Below are positions 34,647 to 48,300 of a stretch of 64,000 nucleotides of DNA, piece after piece. The DNA lies in IMG/VR virus record IMGVR_UViG_3300005512_000002, positions 64,001 through 128,000 of that record. One strand, given 5' to 3'. This stretch comes from a virus (taxonomy: Duplodnaviria > Heunggongvirae > Uroviricota > Caudoviricetes). The notes beneath the pieces were generated by a model, which had not been told where the DNA came from, ran no database searches, and saw only the letters and a list, made by a program, of their open reading frames with translations. The translations under genes and the position numbers were made by a program. How positions within the stretch are numbered: the first letter of the stretch is position 1; the number at the start of each line of letters is the position of its first letter.

Positions 34647-35543
34647 TTAATAGACTCCCACCACCGCTACCCGGACACCACGCTCGGTCGGCTGAAGGTC
34701 GATCGTCGGCTGTTCAACCAGCAGATCGCTGAACAGGGTGCTGGTCAGGGCCCGGCCGTTGCTGAAACTGATCCGCTCCACGTCCATGGTGCCGTCCACC
34801 AGCGATCGGGCCAGGGCGGCTGCCTGTTCCGAAAGGTCTTCGCCGCTGGCGGTCGGCAGGATGCCCTGCAGGTGCACCCGGGTCTGGGTATAGTTCTGAA
34901 TGTGGATCACGGCCCCTTCGGCGGCGATCATGCGTCGCTGGACGATCATTGGTCTGGGCGCGTCGATCAGCAGCCGGGCCGATTCCAGGGGTACCTGGTT
35001 GACCAGGAGCATACTGGGGGGCATGGGTCCTTCCAGCAGCACGGCCTGGTAGTGGAGCATGACCGGCCAGCGCGACTCGATGACGCTCAGTTGCTGGGGC
35101 AGGCCGTAGATTCGCTGGCCCTGCTGATCCGTGAGCCGTTCGGGCAGGGCCAGGCAGCGCGGGTCGTTCGCGCTGTACCATTGCTCGACGGCACTGGGCC
35201 GCGACTGTCCGGCCGCCTGGTTGAACGCCGTCTCCAGGGCCTCGTAGCGCTGGCTCATGGCCACCAGGGCGGCTGCCTCGTCGATCACCTGGCCGGTGTC
35301 CGGGTCCACGTAGGTGCCCGCCATGCCGGGGGCGGCGTCTTCAGCGTCGATGGTGAAGTAGCCTTCGATCATGAACCGGGCCTGGGTCCAGTAGCATTCG
35401 GCCTCGTTGTAATGGGCCACCTGCTGCTGCCCGAAGCTGTAGTATCCCCACAAGGGGTCGTACAGCCCGGTCTGGGGCACCCCCGTCCCCGGAAGCCCCG
35501 ACGGCTCGGTCAGGTCTACGTTCTCGAAGTTCACCAGGGCCAT
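34647..35543 (-). CDS. Putative tail-tip protein (298 aa)
   Basis: Abuts hub gene; synteny only. Confidence 0.55.
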   Translation of the reverse strand: MALVNFENVDLTEPSGLPGTGVPQTGLYDPLWGYYSFGQQQVAHYNEAECYWTQARFMIEGYFTIDAEDAAPGMAGTYVDPDTGQVIDEAAALVAMSQRYEALETAFNQAAGQSRPSAVEQWYSANDPRCLALPERLTDQQGQRIYGLPQQLSVIESRWPVMLHYQAVLLEGPMPPSMLLVNQVPLESARLLIDAPRPMIVQRRMIAAEGAVIHIQNYTQTRVHLQGILPTASGEDLSEQAAALARSLVDGTMDVERISFSNGRALTSTLFSDLLVEQPTIDLQPTERGVRVAVVGVY

Positions 35544-35556
35544 GGCCTGACCTTCC

Positions 35557-36381
35557 TTATGGCAGCGACTGCGGCGGGCAGACCATCTGCAGCCGCACGC
35601 TGGCTTGATCGTTGACGAAATCCCAGTCCATCTGCGCGCCGCTGACCCACAGCATCCGCAAGGGCACGGCGTCGGCCAGCCGGGGGCTGATCTCGACCAT
35701 GTCGAACACGCGGGGGTAGCCGCTGGGCAGTTCTGCGTCGGACCGGTCCGAGAGCGATCCCGATCCGACCGCCGTGGTCCCCAGTCGCTGGCTAAGCTGC
35801 TGGACGACCTGCTGCATGTCCTGGGTCCCGGCCGGAGGCTGCCAGATCCCGGACAGTTCGCAGACCATGATGTCGTGGGTCAGCAGGGTCCGAATGGGCG
35901 AGAAACCCAGGTCGTCATCCACGTCGATCAGGCCCGTAGCCAGGGGCATCTGCACCACCTGGTCGTGCACCTCGGAGAACGGCAGCCGCATGGAGAATCG
36001 CGGGTTGTGCAGGGTCAGGCCGAAGAAGTCCACGGTGTAGCGGGTATCGTCCGGATCATCGTCGGTGAAGTCCACGGTGATCCGCTGGTGGTTGAGCCAG
36101 GCGCTGGTGGGATAGTCGGCACCCTCGTAGCGGATGTTTTCCAGGGTGGTCCAGGGCAGGATGAGCGTTCCGCGTTCGCCGGTTTCCGAATCGCCCGGCG
36201 TCAGGGCGTCGAGGCCCTGGGTCTGACTGGCCGCCGTCTGGCGGACGATCACGGTCGAGACGCGGATGCGCTTGACGTGGCGGACCACCCCACCGCGCCA
36301 GGACCATTCGTCGGCCACCGCGATCATGGCGTTCTCGAACGTCACCGTGCCCAGGTTGTTGGTAAAGGTCACCGTGGCCAT
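35557..36381 (-). CDS. Putative distal-tail-like protein (274 aa)
   Basis: First gene after TMP; beta-rich; synteny only. Confidence 0.55.
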   Translation of the reverse strand: MATVTFTNNLGTVTFENAMIAVADEWSWRGGVVRHVKRIRVSTVIVRQTAASQTQGLDALTPGDSETGERGTLILPWTTLENIRYEGADYPTSAWLNHQRITVDFTDDDPDDTRYTVDFFGLTLHNPRFSMRLPFSEVHDQVVQMPLATGLIDVDDDLGFSPIRTLLTHDIMVCELSGIWQPPAGTQDMQQVVQQLSQRLGTTAVGSGSLSDRSDAELPSGYPRVFDMVEISPRLADAVPLRMLWVSGAQMDWDFVNDQASVRLQMVCPPQSLP

Positions 36382-36393
36382 GGCCTGTCCTTA

Positions 36394-39300
36394 TCATCCG
36401 CTGTTGGACCCTTGCGATGGGGCTCCTGGCGAGGTCCGCCACCAGTAGCCGGTCGGGTTGTTCTGCCGGTGCGGCTCGATCGTCGCATTGTCAGCCGGGT
36501 CCCGGGGCGACGGGCCGCCCGCCCCCTGCTGCTGCTGCTTGAGCAGGCTCACCAGTTGGTCCATGACACTCTTGGAGCCTTCGTCCAGGGTCAGGGTCAC
36601 CGCTCCGCTGTGTTCGACCTTGCCCCCCGCACCCCCGGAGGCGAAGTCGGTCATGAACTGCTGCATGTCCTGATGGAAGGTGTCCACCGTCTTCTGCAGT
36701 TGTACGACCAGGCCGTTCAGGCCGTCCATCTGCTCGCGGGGCGTGCTGACCTCGGCGGGCGTGCCGCTGGCAGCGGCTCCGGGCGGGCCGCCCCCGGAAG
36801 CCCCACCACCGGGCATCTGGTAATCCTCGCCCAGGCCGAGCTTGGCCCGGATGTTGGCGTCCGACAGCCCGCTGCGGCGCAGGCGATTGATCTCCTTGCC
36901 CCGGGCCATCTGCATCTGGTACTGCTGGTACTTTTCACTGTGCGGGCCGTCGATGTCCACCATCCGCCAGTCGCCGGTCTCCTGGTCGCGCACCGCCCGC
37001 TGCTTGATCCCCTGCTCCAGGTACAGATCGCGCAGGTCCATGTGCTCGTAGCCCCCCGAGGGCTTGGCCTCCAGGTTCCACCAGTCCTCCAACTGGCGTG
37101 ACTGCTGAATCTGGCGGCCCCGGCTGGCCTGGGCCAGAAACTCGGACGCCCGCTTGCCGACGCCCTGCAGGTTGGGCATCTTGAACTTGCTCAGCCAGCC
37201 CGGCCCGCTGCCGGCGGACCGTCCGACTGACGGTGCCGCCTGGGTGGACCCGGCCGGACCGCTCTGAGGCTTGGGACCGTACAGCATCTGGCGCTGGTGC
37301 TCGCGCTGGCGATTGAGGTCGGCGATGAACCATTCCGCGTCGGTCATGGGCCCGGTGGGTGCCTGGGGCCGGTTCTTTGCGGCCTTGTCCAATTCCTGCA
37401 GGTCGCGCAGGAACTGCTGGTCTCGCTGCTCGCGTTCGGCACTCTCCCGCCGTGTCAATTCTTCCTGGAAGCGTTTTTGCTGATAGGTCCAGCCACTGGC
37501 GTACAGTACGTCGCCGGTGCCCTGCTCGAACTGGTTTTGCGTCAGCCGGTCGGCCTGCTGGCGGTTGAGCACGATCTCGCCCTTATGCAGGATCGCCGGC
37601 GTCTGGTCGTGCCGGATGCGGCCCTCGGGGTCCACGTCGCGGCTGCCGGACTGGGCGAAGGTGCCGCTGGCGAACTCGGGCAGATCGACTCCGGCCTTCT
37701 GCAGTCGAGCCATAAGCTCCTGGATGCCGGTGGCACCCGGAATGTTCTTCAGGCCCAGGAACGCAGCCGGGTCGGGGATCTTGCCCGACTTGTAAATCTC
37801 CTGGCTGAGCATGCCCTGCTCGACCATCTTGCGGATGAACGCCTGCTGGATCTCCGGGGGCAGGCCCTCGAAGCTCTGGTACAGGGTGTTCAGCCCCCCG
37901 GTCAACCGGTTGTAGGGGTCCATGACCGCTGCCGCGTGACTTTGCAGAGTGGGCATCCAACTGTTCAACTGGTTGCGGTTGGCACCCGGCACGGGGTTGC
38001 CGTCCGAATCCAGGAACATCAGGCTCAAGCCACGCAGCGTGGTCAGCCGCTCGTTGTGTGTCCGGACGTATTCCTCGTAGGTGTTGGCCAGTTCGCCCAG
38101 GTGGCCCAACTGTTCGCTGAACTGGCCCGCCCCCTCCCAGCGGGCGGCGATGTCCGCGAACAGCTTGGGATCGACCTGTGACAGGGCCCGGGCCCCACGC
38201 TGTTTGCCGGCGGCCTGAGCGGCTGTGTTGACCAGGGGCACGTCCAGATCGCTGAGCCACGCCGGGGTCTTACCTTGCTGGTTGGCCATGTACCATTCGC
38301 TGGCGTAGCGGCCGCTGACCCCCCAGCCCTCGCGGCCATGGATGGCATCGAACATCTCGCCCAGCGTCTGGTGGCCGCCCATGTTGACCGCCAGGTGGGT
38401 CCAAGCCTCACGGAAGTTGTCGGTGTCCAGACGGGTCAGCCAGGTCGGGTCGATACCCACGGGTCCGCCGAAGCTCGCTTCGCGCTTGAGCAGGTCCAGG
38501 GCTCGCAGGCTGGCGTCGCCGATCAGGCCCGTGTAGCCCTCGGGGCTGTAGGACCGCAGGGCCTCGGCGTACCCGAACGCCTGCTCCATGGTCATGCCGG
38601 CGACCCCGGCACCCTGGTTGCGGCCCATGGTGATCTCGAAGCGATTGAGTCTTTGACCGGGACCGCTGGCGCTTTGTACCGTGCGCTCAAGCTGCTCGGT
38701 CAGATAGTCGCGGCGGCGCAGCAGACTGCTGCGGCGGTCCTGCATCTGCCGCAACAACTGGGCATAGTTCTTGGGTGTCTGGCCACCGCTGAACGTCTGG
38801 CCCATCCAGCCACTGAACCGGGAGATCAGACCATCCTCACTGTCCGGTGCGCCCAGCCAGGCGATTTCCGAGTTCAGCTTGCTGACCTGCTCTTTGACCG
38901 GTCCTCCGGCCATCGGGGCCATGCCCGTGGCCAGGTTCAGCATGCGCATGGCCTGGACGTTGCGCGGGTCCCGGTTGCCAGCATCGTCCACCATGCCGCG
39001 CTGGCCGCCGACCGTTTCCACCGGCAGGCCCGGGTAGTGCCGCTGCAGGGATTCGGCGGTGGCGAACAGCAGCATGGGCCGGGCCATCATGGTGCCCATC
39101 ACACCCATGCGGTCGCCGCGTTCCTGCTCGGTCACTGCCCGGCGATAGGTTCGGATGAACGGCAATTCCTTACCGGCCATGGCCGCGAAGGTCATCAGCA
39201 GTTCGATCGGCGCCGTCTGGGCGGATCGCCCGGCCCACTGCGACCAGCTTTCGGCTTCACCCAGCGGGTTGTCGAACATGGTCTGGATCAGTTGCACCCC

Positions 39301-42300
39301 ACCGTGCTTGAGTTGCTCGTCCACGTGATCGAGCACCTGACGGCGGTAGGTTCCATACTGACCGGTGACCGTCTTCCAGCCCAGCGTACCCCAGGCCCCG
39401 GCACCCTGGAACGCGGCGGCGAACGCGCCCATGTCACCTTCCATGGCCTTGTCGGAGATCAGTCCCAGGGCGTTGCCACCCTCCATGATCCATTGGGGGG
39501 TGCTGGTGGCCAGTTCCACGCTCATCAGCAGGTTGGCGGAACTGGCCAGGCCGCCGATGGAACTGGTGGCGAAGCTCGCGCCTGGTGCTCCCAGGAGCAT
39601 GGTTCCCAGCTTGCCGCCAACCTTTTGACCCATCGTTCTGGTCAGGGCGGCCCGGGTCGAGCCCAGGATCTTACCTTCACCGCTCAGGCCCAGCAGGCGT
39701 TGGCCCAGGCGGGTGCCCATGCCCGCCCGGCTGGCGGCCAGTTGTTCAGCCGCCACGGTCGCCGCCTCGCGGCTCATGCCGCGAGTCACAAAGGCTTGCA
39801 CCATTTCGCCCTTGCCGGCCAGTGTGCCGCCCAGGCTGCGACCCACCATCTGGCGGGCAGCGCGACGGGCCAGATCGCGTGACAGCCCGTTCTCGGCCAG
39901 GTAGCCGGCCAGGCGGGTCTCCGACGCCCGGGTGCCGCCACCGATCAGACTGGCCATGGTCCGCTTGCCCATAAACTCGGCCGGCACCCGCTGCAGGGCA
40001 CCGCCGCCGGACATGAGCTTGGTGACACCCCCACCGAGCCATTCCAGGCCGCGTGCCGCCTTGGCCACGCCGGAACGGCCGATCAGGCCGGTGGCCATCC
40101 GTTCGCCGAGCCAGCCGGTAACCTGCCCGGTCTTACGGGCGACCATGGCCCGCTCGGCTTCGTGGGCCAGCCAGCCGGGCACCCGTTCCAGCAGAGGCAT
40201 CTTCCACATGGCACCCTGGCCCCGGGACCACGAGTGCATGATCGCCCGCATGAAGTCCTTCTGCATGGCCGGATGCAGGGCCCGGTCGAACAACTGATCG
40301 GTCTTTTCCTGCCCGAAGGCCTGCGACAAGGCACTGTGTCCGCCGGTGAGCATGGCGGCCATGGCGCCGAAGCGCAAAACGTTACCACCGAGAAATCCGC
40401 CAATCCCGGTACCGGCTCGCCCGAGCATGCCCCGACGGCTGAGCCAGCGTCCCAGGCGGCTGCGCCAACCGAAGGGCGTGCGTTCCCCAGCCGCCGCTTC
40501 CACGCCGGTTTCGGCCGCCCGGCGGCCCATGGCTTCTTCAGCAGCCGCCGTGGTCTGGTAATCACCCGAGCCGGTCAGCACGGGCATGCCACCCAGGGCT
40601 TCGCTGGGTCGCATGTGCGGGCCGGACCGCACGCCCGGTGCCCCGCGTGAGGACCAGAACGGATCACTGTACGTGCCCGGCTCGGCGGCTGCGGCCTGGA
40701 ACGGGTCCATATCGTAGGGCAGGATCGGTCGTCCGAAACGATCCCGCCGAGCGCCTTCGAGCATGGGCCAGCCGACCTGCTCACCGGCCAGGCCCCCGGC
40801 AGGCGGTGCGTAGGGCACCCCTTGCCGCAGGTGGTAAGCCCGGGCCACCGCTTCGGACTGGGCCACCCTCAACTGATTGGTGTCGATACCATAGGGCTCG
40901 ACGGTACCCATGGGCCGTCGGCCTGCCAGGGTCGGGCGTTCGTAGTGCCGCTGCATGCGGTCGGCGTACCACCGCTGCCAGCGCTCGCTGGGCGAGCCAA
41001 CTTCGTAGCCCTCGGCGGCCGGCACCATGGTGACCTCACCCGGACCGTACAGCCGCGTGCGGGCCCGGGCCATGCGGTCGGCGTACCAGGACTGGTAGCG
41101 ACCACTCACCGGATCGTAGGGCTGACCGCTGCGCACCATGCTGATTTCGCCGGTGCCCGCCGAGGGCCCCCGGAAGGATTCGCCCGGATATCCCACACCG
41201 TAGGCTCGGGCCGCCGCGCGACCACCGCCGAACGCCGTGGTGCCAGCCACCGTGGGGCTGGCCGTTTCCAGGCCGTACAGGCCCTGCCGCCAGTTGCGGA
41301 AGCGTTCGCGCATCGTTCCGGCACGCCCGCCCAACCAGCGGGCCGCCCGCCCGATTCGTCCGGGGCCTGGCTCACGGATGTCCTGGAACCGCTGCTTGAG
41401 TTCCATGGTCGTCTGCGGCTCGACGCCGGCCCCGGCCAGGGCCTGCGTGATGCGGCGGTAGCGGACGGCCAGTTCCCGTTCGAGCGTGGCCCGGGAGACC
41501 GGGCGGCCCTGCTGACCCTCGTGCAGCATCTGGTCCAGATCACCGGCGGAGCGCAGGGCTTCCTGCACCATGCGGTGCCGGTAGCCCAGGGGCTGATGCC
41601 CGGCGGCGGCAAGCTGGTTGCGCTTGGCCAGGACCTCGGAGACGAACGCCATGGCACTGGTGGGGCTTCTGGTATCGCCCGAGGCCTGGGTCAGCCAGCC
41701 CAGCCGGTCGGCGTTCATCGCTTCCGCGTACTGCGGGTAGGTCTCCATGACCGTGAACAGGGCATTGCGCATGAGCGGGTCGCCCTCGCGGGTGACGTAA
41801 CCCAGCAGCATGCGCTGCATACGGCCCAGGCCTTCAGCGACGTGCTTGGGCAACGCCTCGGCGGGCTGGGTCATGGTGCTGCCGGCGGGCGTGTACTCGC
41901 TGCGCAGGGCGAACGGCAGCTTCTCCAGGATGTTGACATCGCCGATGTGGCTGACTTCCTCACTGAGGATCGCCGCCAGGAACTGCGAGGGCGAACTGCC
42001 GCGCAGGTGTCGGGGCACGTTACCCAGGTCGATGCGCGGGCCGGCACCCGGGCGCCAGCGGACGTGCTCGCCGGTCGTGCCCAGCCGTTCGATATCGCCG
42101 AAGGTCATGCGGGCAAACTCGCTGCCGTCGCGGATGCGCAGCGGGTACTCACCCCGGGGCAGGTCGCGCATGCGTTCGAGCACCTGCTGGTTGCTGGCCC
42201 CGGCAAGTTCTTCCCACACGGTCTGGTCGGTGACCATGAACGGCAGTGCGGGCCCGACGGTGGCCTCCCGTCCGATGGTGAGGTTGCGGGTCAACTGGTC

Positions 42301-45300
42301 CACCTGGGCCGGCTTCAGGCCGTAGCGCTGGGCATGGCGCTTGAGCAGCCGCAAGGCCTGGCTGGTCGTGGCCACGTCCTCGGGCCGGCTCCCGGAAAGA
42401 GCCACGTCGATATTGCTGGACACGCCCATCTGCCGCAGGAAGGGCGAGATGTTGCGACCGCCGGCGGCGGCCATCGAGCCGCGCGGGTGGCGGTTCTCGT
42501 TCAGATCGCGGTAGGGCGAGAACATACCGCGTTCGTCCAGGGCCCTGTACAGTTGCACCAGGCGGTGGTTGTTCCGCTCGAAGCGCAGGCGGTTGGCTTC
42601 CACGCGGCGGTAGTCGCTGCCGCGCTCGGTGGCCATTTCATCACGCAGCGACGTGTACAGTTCATTCAACTCGGACTCGCCCAGATCCGTCGGATCAAAG
42701 CCGCCCTCGTAAGCGAGCGCGTTCAACCTGCGCAGGACAGACTCGTTGGCCTGGCCACGCATTTGCGACAAAGCCCGCCCGATGCTGCGGGCCGCCATGC
42801 GACGTTCGTATTGGCGGTAGCGGACGCTGTTGGGTTCGACCTGCTCGAAAGGCGGCATCTCGTCCATACCGACGGGCCCGCCGGCCTCGATGACCTCCGG
42901 CAGCACCGATTCGGATTGCAGCACGGCGTGCATGGCCCGGGGCAAGTGCTCGCGCTTACGCAGGCCGGGTCGCAGCGAGATGCTGGTGTACTGATCCATG
43001 CCATGCCGCCCGGCCCGGGCCCCGGTAATGCGCTGGGCTTCGAGCATATCCACTTCGGGATGTCTGGCCGCGATCATCCGCAGCAGGCGCAGGGTGCCAC
43101 GGGTGCCCACGGTGTTGGACAGTCCCTGCGCGTCCATGGACCATCCGCGATCCGTCTTCTGCCAGATCCCGCCGATGTGGCCGACCCGGCTGCCCTGCTC
43201 CACGTCGAAGGACATGCGGACGGCACGGCCGGTGGGCACGTGGTGTGCCTCGTAGATGTGTTCCGTGCTGGTCGTGGTCCAGGGGCGGTGGTCCTCCTTG
43301 TAGATCTGCCAGATCTCGTCCATGGGACGACGCCCGCTGGGCGAGCCGCCGGCGGAGGCCATGGAGCCGCGTTCGGTGCCGGGCTGCATGTTGACCCGCA
43401 TCATCTGCCGTTGGGCATCCAGGTACCGCCGGGCCCCGGTGATCCGCTGGGCCTCGATGGACCGGACCGTCGGATGGGTTTCCTGGATGAAGCGTTGCAG
43501 GTCACGGATGCCACCGGCCCCGACGGTGTGGGCGAAGCGCGGATGGAACGGATCACCCGGCACATCGCGCGGGGCCACGCCGGCGATCTTGGCCCACCCG
43601 GCGCCGGCGTGCACGTCCATGTCCATGTCGATCATCCGCCCGGTCGGCAGATGCTTCATGGTGTATTCGTGGGTGGTCACGCCCGGCTCGCTGCCCGCAA
43701 GCTGCCGCTGACGGGCATTGACCACCCGCCACACCTCGCTCCAGTGGTGCGGATCGCTGGTCCGCCCGCTGCGGGCACTGCCGGCGGCGGCCATGGAGCC
43801 GGGTTCCGGCTGGGCGTCGCGGATCGCCCGCAGCAGCCGACCTTCGGGCGTGTCGGCCAGGGAGGAGCCCGCACGCGGTCTGGCGGATGCTTCCGCCATG
43901 GCGTCGCGGATCGCGGCAGCCTCTGCGGCCATAATCTGCTGCTTGTGAGCCCGTCCGCCCTGGCGCAGACTGATCAGGGTGTGCTGGCGGGAGTAACGAT
44001 CGGCCCGGGCACCGGTGATCCGCTGGGCTTCGAGCACGTCGATGTCCGGGTGCTTGTCCCGAATCAGCCGATTCAGCCGCAGCATGTCGCGGGTACCCAC
44101 CGTGCCAGCCTGTCCTGGAGCGGTCATGGGTGTCGGCCGGCCCCTTTCGTCGGCACTGCTGATACCCTCGACATAACCCACGCCGTCTCGGGTGCTCATG
44201 GCAATGTTGATGATCCGCCGGGTCGGCTCGTGGCGGACGGAATACCGATGGTCTCTGGCTCCTTCCCATTCGGGCGAATGGTACTCGTCGAGCATGGTCC
44301 AGACCGGGGCCTTGCCGCCACCGCGTACAGCCGTGCCGCTGGCGGACGACATGCGTGCCCGCATGCTGGCATGCTCGACCGCCCGGCGCAAGGTGGGCTC
44401 CTCGTTGACAATCAGCCGGCCCTGCGGATCAAGCACATCCCACACGCCGCCCAGGTTGTTCCGCGAGCCGCGCATCTCGCCGACCCGCTGGAACTGCCAG
44501 CCTTCCTGCCGCAAGCGCCGCCATTCTTCCATGGCGGCCCGCATGGGACTGACACCACGGCCGCCCGGAGTCATCCCCACGCTTTGCAGGGGCTGGCTCA
44601 AGCTGCCCTGGGAAAAGCGGTTCTTCTGGAAGTCCTCGGCCTCGCGGGCATTCAGGACGATCTCACCCTTGTGCAGCGTGACCTTGGTGTTGTCCCGGGC
44701 GATCCGACCCTGGGCGTCCACCGCGTGGCCGGTGGCTGCCCCGGCGGTGTTGGCGTTCACCGCCGCGCCCGGCGAGGCCTGCATGTTGTGCAGCACATCG
44801 ACCAACTGCTGCATGACCCCCGGCAGGTTGGCCAGGATCTCGGTCATTTTCTGCTGCAGGTCGAGAATGCGTTCCGGGCCGTGCATGTCGGCCTGGATGC
44901 TCTGGTCCAGCAGGGCCCCCATCATCGGGTTGTTGCGGGCGGCCTGCCGCATCATGGGGAAGCCGAAGATCTCCTGGGCGCTGTGGCCCTGGCCGATCAT
45001 GGCCATGACCTGCGAACCCATGGCCCTTTCCGAGGGCGAGGCCAGCAGCATCTGCCGCTGCAGGTTGCTGTCGCCCAGCAGTCCCATCTGTCTCATGGGG
45101 GCCAGCATCGGGGCCAGTCGCTCGACCGCCTGGCTCATGAATCCACGGATGGCCTGCGGGTCGTTACCCAGGGCGCCGGAAGCATCGGTGACCATGCGCT
45201 GGATGGCTTCCATGACCATCTGCTGCTGGCTGGCCAGGTAGGCTTCGGGTCCTTCGCCACCGGGCAGGCCCAGTCGCCGGGCGATGGTGCTCACCATGGA

Positions 45301-48300
45301 GCTTTGCAGGGCGCCCTGGCCGAGCACCTGGCGGCGGATGCGTTCCTCGGCGATCTGCTGCTGCTGCTGGTGGATCAGTTCGTTGAGGCCCTGGAGCAGG
45401 TTCTGGCGCAAGGCCGGATCGCCCCCGGACGTTTCGGCTCTGGCCCGCTGGCCTTGCAGAAGCTGGATGGCGAACTGCCGGGCATTCAGGCCCGTCAGGC
45501 CGTAGGCGCCGGCCCGATCGGTGGCCCGGCCACTTTCGGCCAGTCGGTCCTGCATGTCGCGCAGGCCGGCGTTGAGGGCGTAGATCCGGTCGGGCAGTGT
45601 GGCGATCGTCTGGTCCATGGCCGACAGGGCCGACTTGAGCCCCGCGATCGACCGGGCCGTCTCCTGGATCAGAGCCGGGTCCGCCCCGTTGGCCTGCATG
45701 TCCGTCAGGACGACCTGCTGCTGGAGCAGGCCTCCGCGAATGACCTGCCGCAGCAGGTGAAGCTGTTGGACCTGCTCGGCCGGATCGCCGGTCTGCAGGA
45801 ACCTGCCTGGGGTGCGGGTGCGGCCAAGATCACGCTCGAAGCTGAACTGCTGGGCCAGGCCGTGCACCACCTGCTCGCGGAAGGTCGAGAACTCATCGAC
45901 CAGATTGCGGACGTTTTCCCCGCGCCGATCGACGAACTCGCGGATCATGACACTGGCCTGCTCACGCAGTAGGTCCATGCCGGCCTCACGGAACTTGCGG
46001 GCTTCGTCGCTCTTGCCGGCAAGCTGGGCCGCTCCGGCCTCCTCCGCGAGCTTGCGGACCTCGGCGTAGCGTTCCCCGGCCAGTTGCTGGACCGTGGTCT
46101 CGATATACCCGACGGAGCGTCCGAACTCCTCGTCCATGTCGGTGTTCTTGGCACCGCCTCGACGGGCCAGTTGCCGGAAGAACGCTTCACCCGTGCGCTG
46201 TACGTCGATCTGCGTATCGCGCAGGCGACTCAGCAGATCGGCGTTGATGCTGAGCAGGCCGCGCAGGGACACGCCCTCGCGGTTGTCGGAGGCCCGAGCC
46301 ACCTGTCCGGCCCCGATGGAGATACGGCGGGCCAGGGCTCCGGGCCCTTCGTCGGTGATGTTGAGCGGCTGGATACCCTGCACTCCCCGGCCCTGGATAC
46401 CCACCAGGGTACGGCCCACGCGGGTCAGGCCGCGCAGTCCCTCGCCGCTGACAAGCTGGGCCTGCGGGCCGCCGGCGGCCGCGCCATAGTTCTGGTTGAT
46501 CCACGCCTGCTGGGTCAGCAGTTCCTGGTTGCGCCGCAGCAGGGAGTTGACGGTTTGCCCGTAGTTGGTGATCAGCCGGTTGATCGCCTGCGGGTTGATC
46601 TGCGGTGTACCCTTGAGAACCCCGGCGGCATTGATGAAGATGCGTCCGCTGGAGGCCAGGGACTCCTTCCACTGCTCGATTTCCTCGGTGGTCGAGGCGA
46701 CTTCCTGGTGGTCGAACAGGCGGAAGATGGGCTCACCTTCCTTGAACTGAATGAAGCCTTCCTTGAGGACCTTGTCGATGGGCTGGCCACCGAGCAGTTC
46801 GTTGATGTTCGGCACGTCCTGGCCGCTGGCGGTGGTGATGTACTTGCGCAGGAACTCGCGCTGGGCCCGGCCCTGGGAGACATCCGCGCTTTGACTGACG
46901 ACCTTGAGCAGGTTCGGGTCCAGGGCCTCGGCAGTCCCCATGTTGGCCCGTCCGGCCCGCAGGCCCATCGCCTGCCAGTAGCTCCACATGGGAGCAAGCT
47001 CCTGGCGGACACCGGTCAGTTCGGTCCGGGCCGCCGACTTGGCGGTCGGCGCGCTTGCTCCGAGCATCTTGCGCTCAAGCTCGGCCCGTTTCTGGATGGA
47101 CTTCTGGTACTCGCTGCCACCGGCCTTGGCCAGGATCTGCTCGCGGGCATTGATCGCCTCGGTGGCCCGCAGGGCCTGCTGGGCCTGCTCCAACTGGTCG
47201 CGGCCACGGGTCAGTCGCTGGACCAGGTCCTCGGCCCCCTGGCCGATCCCCTGAAAGGCCGGCACCACGGACGTGAGCCGATCGGTCAGTTCATGCAGGC
47301 GGGTCGGGTCGATGTCCTGGCCACCGGCCAGATCCTGCAGGGCGTCGCGCAGGTCGCTGTAGGTCTTGTCCATGGTCTGCGACAGACCGGCAAGCTCCTC
47401 GACCTTCTGCTCGCTGGTGCCCAGCCGACTGTTGCCCTGCTGCTCCTTCTTGCGATCCGACAGGTATTGCGAGGTCAGGCTCAAGGCCGAGACGCCGGCC
47501 ATGAACGGCAGCAGTTTACCCTGGCCGCGCAGGCCGGCGCCCTCGCGCATAAACAGTCGCAGGAAGCCTGCCTGCTCCAGGCCCGACGAAGCCAGGTGCA
47601 TCCACTTGCGCGAGGGCTCGACCTTCTGGTCGTTCTCGTGGGCCTGGTCGTACCAGGACCGCAGGGCGTGACCGCCGACCATCAGACCCAGGCCCGTCCC
47701 CCATTTGCGCATCAGCCGTCCCGGGCCCCGGCCCGGCACGACCATGGGCACCGGCATCGCGGGACCCATTCCCGGCCCGGTCACCACCTGGCCAGGACCC
47801 ATGCGGTCGGCCATCAGGTTGGTCGCCGCCAAACCCCCGGTGGCGGCCATGCCCCGCCCCCGGAAGCCGGCGGCCTGGGGGCCGTAACCGCCCTGTGGGG
47901 ATTGGTTCCCGTGCATCAGGCCCATGATCAGCGGGTAGCCGCCGTACATGGCCACCGTGCTGGCCCCGGCCGCGATGGCCAGGCCGGTGCCGGCCATGCC
48001 ACCCAGGGCCTCGCCCCCGAGCTTGTTGATGGCGCCGATCGACGAGAGCAGTTCACGCAGCAGGGAGATTACGGACTTCAGAGCGTTAATGGCTCCGGTC
48101 TCCCCGATGGCCGCCCACATGCCCTGCCACTCGGCCTTGAGTTGGGCGACCTGCTTGTTGAGGGCCTGCATGGTCTTCTCGTTCTCGCGCATGGCCGAGC
48201 CCTGCGAGAGCAAGGCGGTCACCGAGATGTCCATGGCCCGATCCCAGCGTTCCATGAGCACGTAGAAGTCATTGGCTCGCCGCGTTCCAGCGATGGCGAT

